From a virus (Duplodnaviria > Caudoviricetes): a stretch of 40,309 nucleotides of DNA. The notes beneath the pieces are model-generated. The model saw only the letters and a list, made by a program, of their open reading frames with translations, searched no databases and had not been told where the DNA came from. Both the position numbers and the translations under genes were made by a program. Location of the stretch: the IMG/VR virus record IMGVR_UViG_3300037634_001140, positions 1 through 40,309 of that record; one strand, written 5' to 3'. Shown here one piece after another: positions 19,771 through 29,699 of this stretch. Every line of letters starts with the position of its first letter. Position 1 is the stretch's first letter.

Positions 19771-19805
19771 AGTATAGCAATCACCCCGAAGGGTGATCGC
19801 ATACT
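19771..19805 (-). other. Stable RNA hairpin with a C(UUCG)G tetraloop
   Basis: Minus strand reads AGTATGCGATCACCC-TTCG-GGGTGATTGCTATACT. Intergenic. No U-tract follows on the coding strand. Confidence 0.75.
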
Positions 19806-19814
19806 ATTGTTTAC

Positions 19815-20660
19815 TTATCTTAACTGTTTTTCAACAGATTGTAAGACTTCCATTCCTTCATCAGTTTTAAACCAAGAGGCTAAAGCTGAATAAGGATGAT
19901 CTTCAAACGGAACGTTTAATAATTTTCTACCATTTGATCTCCAAGAAAAAGTTCTTTGGTCGTCAGATAGCATAATTATATTTTGTTCAACTGATTTTAT
20001 ACCTAAATTCCTAAGATGTATGTTATCATCTTGCATTAAGTCTAAGAGTAATTTAGGGTTTTTCTTTGCAAACACCATAATATCTCTATTAAGTTCCTTA
20101 GAAGTCATCTTAGATACTTTAGAACCATTCTGAACACGCATAATAGCTTCAACTAAATCAATATCCATTTCTCTAGCTGCTATTAAAGCATCTACTTCTA
20201 AGTTGATATTTTCTAATTCGTTTTTAGCTGCAAGTTGTGGTTGCACTTCTCTGAATATCTTGTTTTTCCACGGGTGATACACAGATAGCATCTTTTGTAA
20301 AGTTACTTTATTTTTAGGTACAAATAAACCGCCATTCCTAAAAACTATTCTACCTGGTCTTATATCTCCTTTCATTTCATCTACAAAAAGAGTAGGTTGA
20401 TTTTCAGTATATTGCATTTCTCTTTCGTAACCCAGCTTTTCGTCGAAATAATATATTCCTCTAGTTTTTATTCCATAGGATAATGGAGCTTTACCACTAC
20501 TTAAAACGTATCTTCTATCTTTTATCTCCCAATTGTTTATAACCCTATTAGTAGGTTCTGATCTTTTCGGTTCTGGAGTTTCCATAACCGGTGTTTCAAC
20601 TTTTGGTTGTTCTATAACCTGTGGAGTTGGTTCCACTTCTGTTTTTTGCTTTTTTGCCAT
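19815..20660 (-). CDS. Conserved-looking hypothetical protein downstream of the capsid gene (281 aa)
   Basis: Long ORF with a P/E-rich N-terminus and a globular/helical remainder. No function recognised. Confidence 0.6.
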   Translation of the reverse strand: MAKKQKTEVEPTPQVIEQPKVETPVMETPEPKRSEPTNRVINNWEIKDRRYVLSSGKAPLSYGIKTRGIYYFDEKLGYEREMQYTENQPTLFVDEMKGDIRPGRIVFRNGGLFVPKNKVTLQKMLSVYHPWKNKIFREVQPQLAAKNELENINLEVDALIAAREMDIDLVEAIMRVQNGSKVSKMTSKELNRDIMVFAKKNPKLLLDLMQDDNIHLRNLGIKSVEQNIIMLSDDQRTFSWRSNGRKLLNVPFEDHPYSALASWFKTDEGMEVLQSVEKQLR

Positions 20661-20683
20661 GATATAATATAATTTAATAAGTT

Positions 20684-20719
20684 AAAAAAAATAAAAGGGG
20701 AGGAGGTTGTCCTCCCCTT
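20684..20719 (-). terminator. Rho-independent terminator downstream of the major capsid gene
   Basis: Minus strand reads AAGGGGAGGA-CAACC-TCCTCCCCTT followed by TTATTTTTTTT: a perfect 10-bp stem plus U-tract. Confidence 0.9.
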
Positions 20720-20742
20720 CTAAAGTTACTGATTAGTTGCTA

Positions 20743-22227
20743 CTAGTTAGCCCCTTTTAGTAAAAAGAAGTTATTAGCACCTTGAACAACTAAACATCTT
20801 TCAGATAAGAAATGCATTTCCATCGCATCTAAATCAGAAGTAGTAGCACCAACCGAACCAGTAGTCCAAGTTTTGTACTTTCTGCTTTCTAAATTAGAAG
20901 CTCTGTAACGCACATGTAAGAAAGGTCTTTTCAAGTTCTTACCTAAGTTTTGGTCATATACAGAAGATACACCAGCAGGAATTATAACACCATGAATTGC
21001 GTTAGCAACATCTTTAGCGTTTATTAATCCTCTTGTTGCAGCATCATTTAGATATTTGAAATCAGATTTGTAGAAATCATAAGATCCACGTCTGAAACCA
21101 GAGAAACCTAAATTAAGTGCCATATCTTCTTCGTTGTTAAATACTCCATAAGAAGTACCATTAGCACCATAAGAATTTTGAGCGGCTAAACAGTCATCCA
21201 TTTGTAGAGAAGCACCTCTATCCATAAACATCATGTTTTCTTCAATAGCACCGTTAGCATCAAATTCAGCAAGGATATCATCTAAGTCGCTCATTGCAAC
21301 ACTTCCAGAACCGTCAAAAACGTTAGATATATTACCTCTAGATTCTAAAGCTTCCCATAATCCTTCAGTACCTTTTATAGTACCAGTAGCACCAGTCACA
21401 GTACTTACAGTATTAGCACCTGCGCCTGCGGCAGTTACTGATTCTAACATAGCCATCTCTAAGTAATCAGAGAATCTAGCTTTAGTATCACCAGAAGCTT
21501 TTAAGTACCATAAATAACCTGATTGACCTTCTTCACCAGAAACTTCAACCCAACCAATCGCAGATGCATCAGAACCTGATACTTCATACTTATCTTTTAA
21601 GATAATTGGTTTGTTAGTTCTAGATAAATGTTGTGGTTTGTTAGCACCAGCTCTACCTATAGATCCTTTAACATACTCAGATCCATAAACTAGTACAGAA
21701 ATATCAGTACCAGAAGCAATACCATTATCACCAGTAGCGTGACCATCGTATCTTTCACAGTCAATAGTTGCAGTACCAGAAGTAGCTACAGTATTAACAA
21801 AAGCTTTAACACTAGCGTTTGCGTCAGATGCTATAATCATATCACCTGGACGAATACCGTGATCAAGACCAGCGTTACCAACGTCTCTACCATCCGCATC
21901 AGTTGTGGTTCCATCTACCATAGTAATTCGCAAGAGACCACCTACATTGGAGGCTGTGCATAATTTATATGATAAATGTAATCTACCTTGTTCAGACCAA
22001 ACTACTTGGTCAGAAGCCATAGACTCTTCTGCTCCAACTTGAGATAAAAACCCACTAATTGTTCTATTACCGAACACTTCAGCTTCTTTTTCCATCAAAT
22101 CAGGCAGGTATTGTTGCGCCCAATCATTGCTCCCGCCAGTAAAGTCGAGATACGCAGTTGAGAGCGTTTGCTTCATCGGGGCAGGAGTTAATAGTCCTGT
22201 CGCGACAGCTTTTTGAGTTACACCCAT
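20743..22227 (-). CDS. Major capsid protein (494 aa)
   Basis: Size, position after portal and scaffold, and a strong terminator immediately downstream. Motifs QVVWSEQGRLH, NKPIILKDKYEVSGSD, TEGLWEALESRG, LGFSGFRRGSYDFYK and MEMHFLSERCL fit an HK97-fold capsid protein of Bacteroidota podophages. Confidence 0.85.
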   Translation of the reverse strand: MGVTQKAVATGLLTPAPMKQTLSTAYLDFTGGSNDWAQQYLPDLMEKEAEVFGNRTISGFLSQVGAEESMASDQVVWSEQGRLHLSYKLCTASNVGGLLRITMVDGTTTDADGRDVGNAGLDHGIRPGDMIIASDANASVKAFVNTVATSGTATIDCERYDGHATGDNGIASGTDISVLVYGSEYVKGSIGRAGANKPQHLSRTNKPIILKDKYEVSGSDASAIGWVEVSGEEGQSGYLWYLKASGDTKARFSDYLEMAMLESVTAAGAGANTVSTVTGATGTIKGTEGLWEALESRGNISNVFDGSGSVAMSDLDDILAEFDANGAIEENMMFMDRGASLQMDDCLAAQNSYGANGTSYGVFNNEEDMALNLGFSGFRRGSYDFYKSDFKYLNDAATRGLINAKDVANAIHGVIIPAGVSSVYDQNLGKNLKRPFLHVRYRASNLESRKYKTWTTGSVGATTSDLDAMEMHFLSERCLVVQGANNFFLLKGAN

Positions 22228-22252
22228 AATTTTAAATGTTTTAAATTAATAT

Positions 22253-23410
22253 TTACTTTCGTTTTTTAATTCTAAGCTTCATATCGTTAGAATCTTCACC
22301 TAAAACTTTAAATTTCATGCCTCCATCACCTTCATAAACTTTATGAGACTCTCTAGACGTGTTAATGTTTTTAGCTTCGGAAACCGTTTGCTTAATAGCA
22401 TCCGATTTACCTTGTTCATAAAAATGCTTAGCTATCGAATCAGGATTCATAGCGGTAAATAAAGATTTATGATAACCAGCAGCGTCTTCCATAACTGATT
22501 TATCGTTTAGAAACTTTCCAACGAAATTATTTATATCAGTCTGCTTGTTTTTCACTTCATCAGTATTAGAAACATTATAAATTATCTTTTTATCACCAAC
22601 ATTAAACTCAAACCCTTTAAAGTTTTTATCAAAAACTTTTTCGGTTTTGTTTAAAAAGGTAGATTGTTGATTTTTCATAACCTTTTCGTTTTGCTCTGTT
22701 TCCTGATTGTATCTATTAAAGAATTCAACTGCCTCTTGTTGCTCACCCGTGAGTTTTGAACCAGCCTTAACTTCTTCATAGTATTTAGACTTTTCCCCGT
22801 CTAAGTAGGTCTTAGCTTCAGCAACTTGCTCTTTTAAAGCTAATTTTTTTCTTTTCACATCTCTTTCTTCATCTTGATCTTCATCATAAGAAAACTGATC
22901 TTCTAATAAGAAGTTAATCTCAGAATCATCCAAATGTGGTTTTGTCTTTTTATAATAATCATGTAAGATTTCAGAGCTATCCATTTTATCAATATCTCTG
23001 TTTAGATTTACATAATCATCTAGATCTCCACCAGTTTCGTTCATAAACTCCATTAACTTCTGGAGATTTTCTGGTAAATCTATAATTTCTTCTGTAGCTT
23101 CAACACTTACCTCTCCTTCATCTACAGTAGATTCTTCAGTATTTTCTTCTGTAGGCTGTTCAGTATTCTCTTCTTCACTAACCGTTTCTTCAACAATCTC
23201 TTCTTGAACTTCCTCGGTTTCTGTGTTATCAGTTGGCTGTTCATCTTCTTGTATTGGTGGTGGTTGTGTTAAATCTATTTTTGTTACTTCAGGATCATCA
23301 GCACTTTCAAATTTACTTAGATCCACTTCAGGTTTTTGTTCTTCAACCTGTTCTTGTTGAGTCTCCTCTTGTGTAGTCTCCTCGACTACGTTTTCTACGT
23401 TTTCTTCCAT
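22253..23410 (-). CDS. Putative capsid scaffolding protein (385 aa)
   Basis: Very acidic, disordered N-terminal third, then coiled coil and a basic C-terminal tail. Lies between portal and capsid genes. Confidence 0.65.
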   Translation of the reverse strand: MEENVENVVEETTQEETQQEQVEEQKPEVDLSKFESADDPEVTKIDLTQPPPIQEDEQPTDNTETEEVQEEIVEETVSEEENTEQPTEENTEESTVDEGEVSVEATEEIIDLPENLQKLMEFMNETGGDLDDYVNLNRDIDKMDSSEILHDYYKKTKPHLDDSEINFLLEDQFSYDEDQDEERDVKRKKLALKEQVAEAKTYLDGEKSKYYEEVKAGSKLTGEQQEAVEFFNRYNQETEQNEKVMKNQQSTFLNKTEKVFDKNFKGFEFNVGDKKIIYNVSNTDEVKNKQTDINNFVGKFLNDKSVMEDAAGYHKSLFTAMNPDSIAKHFYEQGKSDAIKQTVSEAKNINTSRESHKVYEGDGGMKFKVLGEDSNDMKLRIKKRK

Positions 23411-23430
23411 GATATAATAATATTAAATAA

Positions 23431-25836
23431 TTAGTTAGTTGTTAAACCAGCCACTCCCATTCCAGTAGCTAATGAATCATTACCTGAAGATTCAAAATTC
23501 TTAGGTGTTGTTTCGTTCTTTTTCTGGTCTATTAATTGACTTTGTTGACTAGCTTGTATCTTTGTTCTTTCATCTTTACGATCGTCCTTTTGTGCTTCTT
23601 TACTTTTAGCGGCATCATTATCTATACCTCTAAGTTTCATATTAATTTCAAACTCATGATCCATTAGCTTAGTTTTCATAGCAGCTTCTTGTTTCATGTA
23701 TTCTATTTTTAATCCATTTTTCGCTGTTTCTAACTCTATAGCCGTAGCTGTCTTCGCTTGCTCTTCCTGTACTTTGGCTTGAGAAGCGGCTTGTGTTGAT
23801 TGTGTGTTAGATTGAGTTTGCGCATCCATTTGTTGTTGTTGGATTTTCTGATCTCTCTCTTGTTTCTTTTGTCTACGTATTTTTAACAATTGATTAGCCA
23901 TCTTCAAATTTTTAACTTCACGTAAATCAATAGCATCGTCTAAATCTATTAATTTTTGTTGAATAGCCATTTGAATATTGTTTTCTAATATTTGTCTTTC
24001 TTCTTCATCTGGTTGTAATTCAATAAATATACCAAAATCATAAAGATGTAATTCAGACATTTCTTTTAATGTAGCTACATTATGAGCACCAATAGCATGT
24101 ATAAAAGCATCTCTTGTTGGTGAATATTCAACGATGTCAGATATTCTTAATGAGAGTTGTTCAGCTGTTTCTACAGTTAAATATAACGAAGCATCTAATA
24201 TATGTCTTGTCGCTACATTTGAATTTGCTGCTGCCATTTTTTGTATACCAACTAATGATCTAGAATCTGGCGTTGAAGCATCTCTAGCTTCGTTAAGACC
24301 AGTTACATCTCTAATCATTTGTAGATAGTAGTTGTAATTTCCTATTAATGCTTGAAGTTTACCACCCGCGCCTGCTCCATTTGAAATTTCTTGAATAGGT
24401 ATTTTTGCAGCGTTTTGATCACCTTCTCCAGTATAACTTCTTCCAACAACAGAACCGGTTTGAAAGAACATGTTTAAGGCTTCTTGAGCATTATAATTTG
24501 TTCCATTACCTAAATCAACTTCTGCTAAACCATCTATATCTAAATAAACTCCATCAGGTACCATTCTTGCTAATACTTGTTGTAACTTTAAGTGAGTTAA
24601 TTGAATCATGTCAGCAAAACTAGTTATTCTACTAACTATAGATTCTATCTTACCGTTGTACATTTTAGGAGCAACGATAGAGTAATTCATTTTAACTTTG
24701 TTAAAATCACTCTTATCTCTCATCATATTATCAGCTTTCTTCCACTTAAGCATCTTTTGAGAACCCACAACTTTAACACCTTCAAATAAACACTCTACAG
24801 ATTTTTGTATTCTAGAGTAATCAGTTGCGTCAGTTGGTGGTTTAAAAGTATCATCCCTTTTTATAGATTTCTCAGCTCCCGAAGATAGTGTTTTAACCTT
24901 ATAAACATCATTCATATATGTTTTATAGTTAAAATATAACAGTGTTATCTTATTATTATCACTATCACCTGATTGTATCCTATCATTACCTATATGATTT
25001 CTTTTGCTTTGTAGATCTTTTAAATCTTCGTGAGTAAGATGTGGAAATTCTTTTGCAACTTCATTTATAGGAATTTGCTTCACTTCACCAACGTAATATA
25101 TATCTTCAAAATAAGGGGAATCAGTATATGAGTATACTAAATTAGCTGGATCAACATATTGTACTCTAGCGCCTTCAGCCCAATCAAAAGTTGTTTTAGC
25201 GCAAGCTATACCACAAACTGTTAAATCTTCTAAACATCTTCTTCTTATTAAATCATACTTACTACCATCTAATAAAACATTTATAGCGTTTTCATTTGCA
25301 ATTTCAACTTGTTGCTTGTAAGTCAACTGCATATGTAATCCTAATTCTTCTTCTGTTTCTGGTAAAGTTTCTGGATCATTTTTATAAAGATCCATATTAA
25401 ACTGTTGTTTTGCTTGATCATTGAACTGTTTAGTTCTCATATCCTTTAGGATACTATCCATGTACTCCGTTCTTTTTGCCACTCCATAAGGATCTTGTGA
25501 ATATGCTTTTATATCAAAACTTCTATTAGCCATACCATTTACAACTATATCTACAAATTTCGGTATGATCGGAACTGGTGTCCAATCTAGATTTAAGTAG
25601 CTTAAGTCACCGTTAATGGATAACTCATCTTTATATTTTTGAACTGATTGTTCTCCTCTAGCGTATAACCTTAAATTATGATATTTTCTTTGAGAATGAG
25701 AATATCTATGAGAATTAGAACTATCAAACCATTCCAGTTCAATTGCTTTACCAACTTCTAATCCATATTTACTAGTGATCTTTTCTAAATCACTAACAAC
25801 TTGAGAGGGAAAATTTTTATGTACAGACTCTGCCAT
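23431..25836 (-). CDS. Portal protein (801 aa)
   Basis: LDWTPVPIIPKFVDIVVNGM, IRDVTGLNEARD and YDFGIFIELQPDEEE, plus a long Q-rich C-terminal helical barrel. Follows the terminase directly. Confidence 0.85.
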   Translation of the reverse strand: MAESVHKNFPSQVVSDLEKITSKYGLEVGKAIELEWFDSSNSHRYSHSQRKYHNLRLYARGEQSVQKYKDELSINGDLSYLNLDWTPVPIIPKFVDIVVNGMANRSFDIKAYSQDPYGVAKRTEYMDSILKDMRTKQFNDQAKQQFNMDLYKNDPETLPETEEELGLHMQLTYKQQVEIANENAINVLLDGSKYDLIRRRCLEDLTVCGIACAKTTFDWAEGARVQYVDPANLVYSYTDSPYFEDIYYVGEVKQIPINEVAKEFPHLTHEDLKDLQSKRNHIGNDRIQSGDSDNNKITLLYFNYKTYMNDVYKVKTLSSGAEKSIKRDDTFKPPTDATDYSRIQKSVECLFEGVKVVGSQKMLKWKKADNMMRDKSDFNKVKMNYSIVAPKMYNGKIESIVSRITSFADMIQLTHLKLQQVLARMVPDGVYLDIDGLAEVDLGNGTNYNAQEALNMFFQTGSVVGRSYTGEGDQNAAKIPIQEISNGAGAGGKLQALIGNYNYYLQMIRDVTGLNEARDASTPDSRSLVGIQKMAAANSNVATRHILDASLYLTVETAEQLSLRISDIVEYSPTRDAFIHAIGAHNVATLKEMSELHLYDFGIFIELQPDEEERQILENNIQMAIQQKLIDLDDAIDLREVKNLKMANQLLKIRRQKKQERDQKIQQQQMDAQTQSNTQSTQAASQAKVQEEQAKTATAIELETAKNGLKIEYMKQEAAMKTKLMDHEFEINMKLRGIDNDAAKSKEAQKDDRKDERTKIQASQQSQLIDQKKNETTPKNFESSGNDSLATGMGVAGLTTN

Positions 25837-25837
25837 A

Positions 25838-28054
25838 TTATTGTTTAATTATTTTTGAATTCGTTCCCCTATTATTATATCTAGCAATGCTTATATCAAT
25901 AGGTTTTCTTTCTATTTTTGCATTTGGAGCATACAAATGTCTATTACAAGCCATTATTGCCAAACCAGAACTAATAGATGCATCATATTTTGTTCTTTTA
26001 TTTATATCAAATTTACTCCAATCGTTTAATGTTCTATTGAAATACATTCCACCATATTGTCCTTCTTGTACTTCTCCAACTTTTTCTTGAATATACATCT
26101 CAATTGCAGCAGCGTGAGCTTGTTTTATATCTTCACTTGAATTAGGTATTCCACCTATTTCTTTTTCTGCTACAGATAATTTATTCCATACCTTATCTGG
26201 CCTATTCATTGAATAACCTCTATAACCTCTTCTTCTTAAATAATATAATAATCGAGGTTTATTATTCTCCGCCAACATTGGCATTCCATAAAAAACTAAT
26301 GCCATTAAAATATCTTCAAAAAACATATCAGCTGTTTGTGGTTTAGCTATATATTCTAAAAAGAATTGTCCTGGAGGAGCGTCTTCCATTGAGAATTTTG
26401 TTAATCCATGTAATGCTCCTTTTGATCCAATACCATCTACTGTTCCACTAATATCGTAACTATCACAACCAAAAGCTCCCATGTGTTCGTTTCCTGGATA
26501 TTTTAAACCATTCTTTATAATAACTTGGTTTTGTAAATGAACTTTTGGCACCCAACTAACTTTAAATCTTCCTTTTGGATTTGGATAAAATATTACTTTA
26601 GAGTCTTTAATACCATTAACCCATTGAAAACTTCCTGTTGTTAATCCTAGTGTACTTCCTAATTCTTCGTTGTAATCTATTTGTTCGTATATTTTAACTA
26701 AATTAAATATACTGTTTTTTGTCTCATCTCTAAACGCGTGTTCTGTAGTTCTTGGAAATTGTCTATAAAACTCATTTAAAGCGTCTTGATCTGACTTTAA
26801 ACCATCTGCCTCATTTTGCCAACTATCTACTACACCTACATCTATTAATTCACCATCTGGGGCGAAGACATCGATGTCAGGTGTATCAAATACTGGAATT
26901 CCGTACTCATCAATAAATCCTTCGTAGTTCCATTCCATTGGGATAAACAAAGAGTATAAACCAGACTTTGTCTGACCATTTCTATTTCTTTGAGTGACAT
27001 CGGATGCGTTATATAGTTTCTTAAAATTGTCTCCACCTTTATCTAATGCGTTTGAAGTAGAGCCCATCATACATTTACCTATAATTCTACTACCTAATCG
27101 TAAACATGTTTTTGTAACTCTCCAATTATTTAAAATATTATCAGGTCTTTCCCATTTGCCACTTTCATCATGTACTAGTAAATTTAGTTTTTCACCATCA
27201 TAACTATTATCCCCAGTATTCTTCCAATCAATCGTTGTATCTAATCCTTCTAATTCTTCTAATTTCTCATTAGATGTTATTTTCTTTCTAGTAAACCTTG
27301 TAGATGGAACTCTATATGCTAATTCTGTTTTAGGTCGATCCATACCATCTTGGATCGGTTTAAAAAAGAATGGATAATTTATACTAATCGGTACAATTTT
27401 ATCTGTAAACATTTTTTTAGCATCCGCACCTGTTTTAGATAATACTCCGTATCTACTATCACTAGACATTGTTGCTAGATTAACCGACTCTGCAGATGAC
27501 ATAAAAGAAAACCCAGATCGTCTATTTTTCAAATAACATATACCGTAACATCTTTTATCTGCTTTACAAGCTTCCCAAAAAATAAAGAATAATCTATTAG
27601 CTTCTCTGAAATCTGGCGCACCTACGTCTATTTTACTCCATTGTAAATACATATAATGTGTACCTACTAAATATGTTGGCTTATTATTGTTCATAAACCA
27701 AAACCCATTATCTCTTCTATTAAACTCTTCGTCTATGTAATCAAACCATTGTTCTTTTTGTTCATCTGGATAACCTCTCCAATCAAAGATATTTTTAATA
27801 TTCTTTAATTTTTTAGGATACTCTGCTTTAACCCATTTATCTTCCTTGTGTTTATATACTTCTTTAGGTGCTTTGGGTAATGCTATCCGAAGATTTTGGA
27901 TTTCATAGATTTCACCAATTTGACCAGTTTTTGATATAACGATAACATCATGCTCTTTATTGTATCCATATTTCCATTTTTTTGTTTTATTAAGTCTACT
28001 TATAGTAGTTTTCTTAATAGGTTCAATTACTTTAACTAAACTTTGCTCGTACAT
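25838..28054 (-). CDS. terL: Terminase large subunit (738 aa)
   Basis: ATPase Walker A-like YLKNRRSGFS, Walker B LLVHDESGKW, motif III MMGSTSN, and nuclease-domain GAFGCDSYD, LAENN and KYDASISSGLA. Confidence 0.9.
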   Translation of the reverse strand: MYEQSLVKVIEPIKKTTISRLNKTKKWKYGYNKEHDVIVISKTGQIGEIYEIQNLRIALPKAPKEVYKHKEDKWVKAEYPKKLKNIKNIFDWRGYPDEQKEQWFDYIDEEFNRRDNGFWFMNNNKPTYLVGTHYMYLQWSKIDVGAPDFREANRLFFIFWEACKADKRCYGICYLKNRRSGFSFMSSAESVNLATMSSDSRYGVLSKTGADAKKMFTDKIVPISINYPFFFKPIQDGMDRPKTELAYRVPSTRFTRKKITSNEKLEELEGLDTTIDWKNTGDNSYDGEKLNLLVHDESGKWERPDNILNNWRVTKTCLRLGSRIIGKCMMGSTSNALDKGGDNFKKLYNASDVTQRNRNGQTKSGLYSLFIPMEWNYEGFIDEYGIPVFDTPDIDVFAPDGELIDVGVVDSWQNEADGLKSDQDALNEFYRQFPRTTEHAFRDETKNSIFNLVKIYEQIDYNEELGSTLGLTTGSFQWVNGIKDSKVIFYPNPKGRFKVSWVPKVHLQNQVIIKNGLKYPGNEHMGAFGCDSYDISGTVDGIGSKGALHGLTKFSMEDAPPGQFFLEYIAKPQTADMFFEDILMALVFYGMPMLAENNKPRLLYYLRRRGYRGYSMNRPDKVWNKLSVAEKEIGGIPNSSEDIKQAHAAAIEMYIQEKVGEVQEGQYGGMYFNRTLNDWSKFDINKRTKYDASISSGLAIMACNRHLYAPNAKIERKPIDISIARYNNRGTNSKIIKQ

Positions 28055-28329
28055 TACTTAGATCTACTTTCAGCGAATCCTTTAAAGACTTTTTCCTTTT
28101 TCTCTTCAGGTGTCTTTCCCTCAAGTAGGTTCTCTTCTTCTTGAATTCTGTTAAGTATTTCAAATGCATCAAATATAGCTAGTTTTTTAGTAGCTGCAGC
28201 ATTCTTAAGTCTATCTGCTGATATATCGTCGTCTGAATCTACAATCGGTTCTTTAGCAACTTTAATCAGTTCTTCAACTGCTTTTTGCCCAGCTTGGATT
28301 ATATTCTTCTTCGTTTCCTTCGTATTCAT
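28054..28329 (-). CDS. Probable terminase small subunit (91 aa)
   Basis: Short helical protein whose stop overlaps the terL start. Assigned by position only. Confidence 0.5.
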   Translation of the reverse strand: MNTKETKKNIIQAGQKAVEELIKVAKEPIVDSDDDISADRLKNAAATKKLAIFDAFEILNRIQEEENLLEGKTPEEKKEKVFKGFAESRSK

Positions 28330-28861
28330 ACTTAATTGTTATTAAATTAGATTTAACTCTGTATAGTCTTTGGTTATCTATGATAAACTCATATTGACCT
28401 GCTGGTTTAAAGCGAACTAAATCACCCTTATTAACCGTTCCGTCAGAATAAACAACTATTCCCATTAATTTTTCTTTGTTTGCGTATAGTGTGTTTGTTT
28501 CTTTTAAAGGTTGTATAAAACAAAATCCTTTTAATGGTTTCCAGGTATCATCTCTTTTGTAAGCAAATATTTGATCTTCATAAATTATATAGGTATTTTC
28601 ATCAAAATAACTTGTACTATTTCTTTCTCTACCTTTTATATCATGCCATCTGCGAAATACATTATGATGAACAATAACTTCATCTCCTGTTTTAATATCT
28701 GTATCACCAATAATTGGAGTAGATATAACTTTAGCAATTCTATTTATATATTGATGATTAAATATTTCGGTATTAAGTATTAATTCCGAATCTCCAACCT
28801 TCTTTGTATTGTTATATCTTTCTCCTACTGGCGTTACAACGAAGTTGTAAACACTTTTCAT
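28274..28861 (-). CDS. Protein with two tandem GroES/Cpn10-like domains (195 aa)
   Basis: Half 1: YNFVVTP...AKVISTP...DIKTGDEVIVHHN. Half 2: WKPLKGFCFIQPL...GIVVYSDGTVNKGDLVRFKPAGQYEFIIDNQRLYRVKSNLI. Both follow the GroES pattern (KPLxDRVxV...GxVxAVG...VKxGDxVxF...ExxIDGxxYxxxxxxDI). Confidence 0.6.
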   Translation of the reverse strand: MKSVYNFVVTPVGERYNNTKKVGDSELILNTEIFNHQYINRIAKVISTPIIGDTDIKTGDEVIVHHNVFRRWHDIKGRERNSTSYFDENTYIIYEDQIFAYKRDDTWKPLKGFCFIQPLKETNTLYANKEKLMGIVVYSDGTVNKGDLVRFKPAGQYEFIIDNQRLYRVKSNLITIKYEYEGNEEEYNPSWAKSS

Positions 28862-29085
28862 TACTCGAATTCTAGATTGTACTCTACAGACACCGCCATG
28901 TTCTTATTAAAATCCTTCCAAGGTATAACTTCTCTACCTTTTTTAATATAAACCGAATATTTAGTTTCTTCTTCTAAGATGTCGCAGATAGTATGACCAC
29001 CATACACTTCTTGCCCTACAGCATAGTGCATAGCGTCGTTCTTATAATCTTTGCCGATACTTATTTTACGAATCAGCTTGTCCAT
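28861..29085 (-). CDS. Hypothetical protein (74 aa)
   Basis: Compact beta-type ORF that overlaps both neighbouring genes. Confidence 0.65.
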   Translation of the reverse strand: MDKLIRKISIGKDYKNDAMHYAVGQEVYGGHTICDILEEETKYSVYIKKGREVIPWKDFNKNMAVSVEYNLEFE

Positions 29086-29362
29086 TCTCCTTAGCTTTTA
29101 TAGTGCCGTCGCGAACATCAATATCAACACTACCATAATTATCTTCTAATTTAGTTTGTAGTAATTTGATCTCATCTTGAACTCCAGCTAGCATATGAAG
29201 AAAGTTGTGCTTTTGTGCTTCAACTTTACCTATTTCTAGATGTAATCTGTCTACTTTACCAACTGTTGTTTGAAGTTCTGTTAATTCTTCTTGTGTAAGC
29301 TTTTCAGCTTGCGGTTTTAAGTCTACAATTTCTTTAGACTTTGGTGTTTTTCTCTTTGCCAT
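29066..29362 (-). CDS. Hypothetical coiled-coil protein (98 aa)
   Basis: Heptad-like central helix, C-terminal YGSVDIDVRDGTI and an AT-rich leader. Confidence 0.65.
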   Translation of the reverse strand: MAKRKTPKSKEIVDLKPQAEKLTQEELTELQTTVGKVDRLHLEIGKVEAQKHNFLHMLAGVQDEIKLLQTKLEDNYGSVDIDVRDGTIKAKENGQADS

Positions 29363-29403
29363 AATTTTATTTAATTTAAGTTAATTTATTGTTATTTATC
29401 TAC

Positions 29404-29416
29404 TTATAATATCACA
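29404..29416 (-). promoter_or_regulatory. Candidate phage promoter-like motif TGTGATATTATAA upstream of the packaging/head gene block
   Basis: Sits in one of the longer intergenic gaps and resembles the motif at 9940-9928. Confidence 0.3.
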
Positions 29417-29436
29417 GAAAATAGCGAGTAATTACA

Positions 29437-29697
29437 TTAATCATCTATTACCGGAATATATCCTCCTTTTTCCATCTCCCACTCAAATATACCTGATCCA
29501 TCACCAACCCAATCAGAGTGGTTTGTAATAGTGTAATTTGAGCATGTTGTTATACTTTGAAACTTTCTTATTCTATTAGAAACAGTCTCTGTTGTAGCTA
29601 CTAGTCTTGTAGCTCTATCTTGGCTTTTATGCATGTAAGATATTTGATCTTTATCTAACGTGTCATATACTTCTTTTGTTACTATATAATAATTCAT
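29437..29697 (-). CDS. Hypothetical protein (86 aa), possible fibre-tip accessory or chaperone
   Basis: Starts 2 nt after the adhesin gene stop. Function is inferred only from position. Confidence 0.55.
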   Translation of the reverse strand: MNYYIVTKEVYDTLDKDQISYMHKSQDRATRLVATTETVSNRIRKFQSITTCSNYTITNHSDWVGDGSGIFEWEMEKGGYIPVIDD

Positions 29698-29699
29698 AG

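Noticed and set aside
19771-19805. tRNA, or Rho-independent terminator, at the UUCG hairpin
   Set aside because: It is a single stem with no cloverleaf, and an A-tract rather than a U-tract follows on the coding strand.
26845-27036. 63-aa minus-strand ORF inside terL
   Set aside because: Out-of-frame ORF nested in the terminase gene with no recognisable features.
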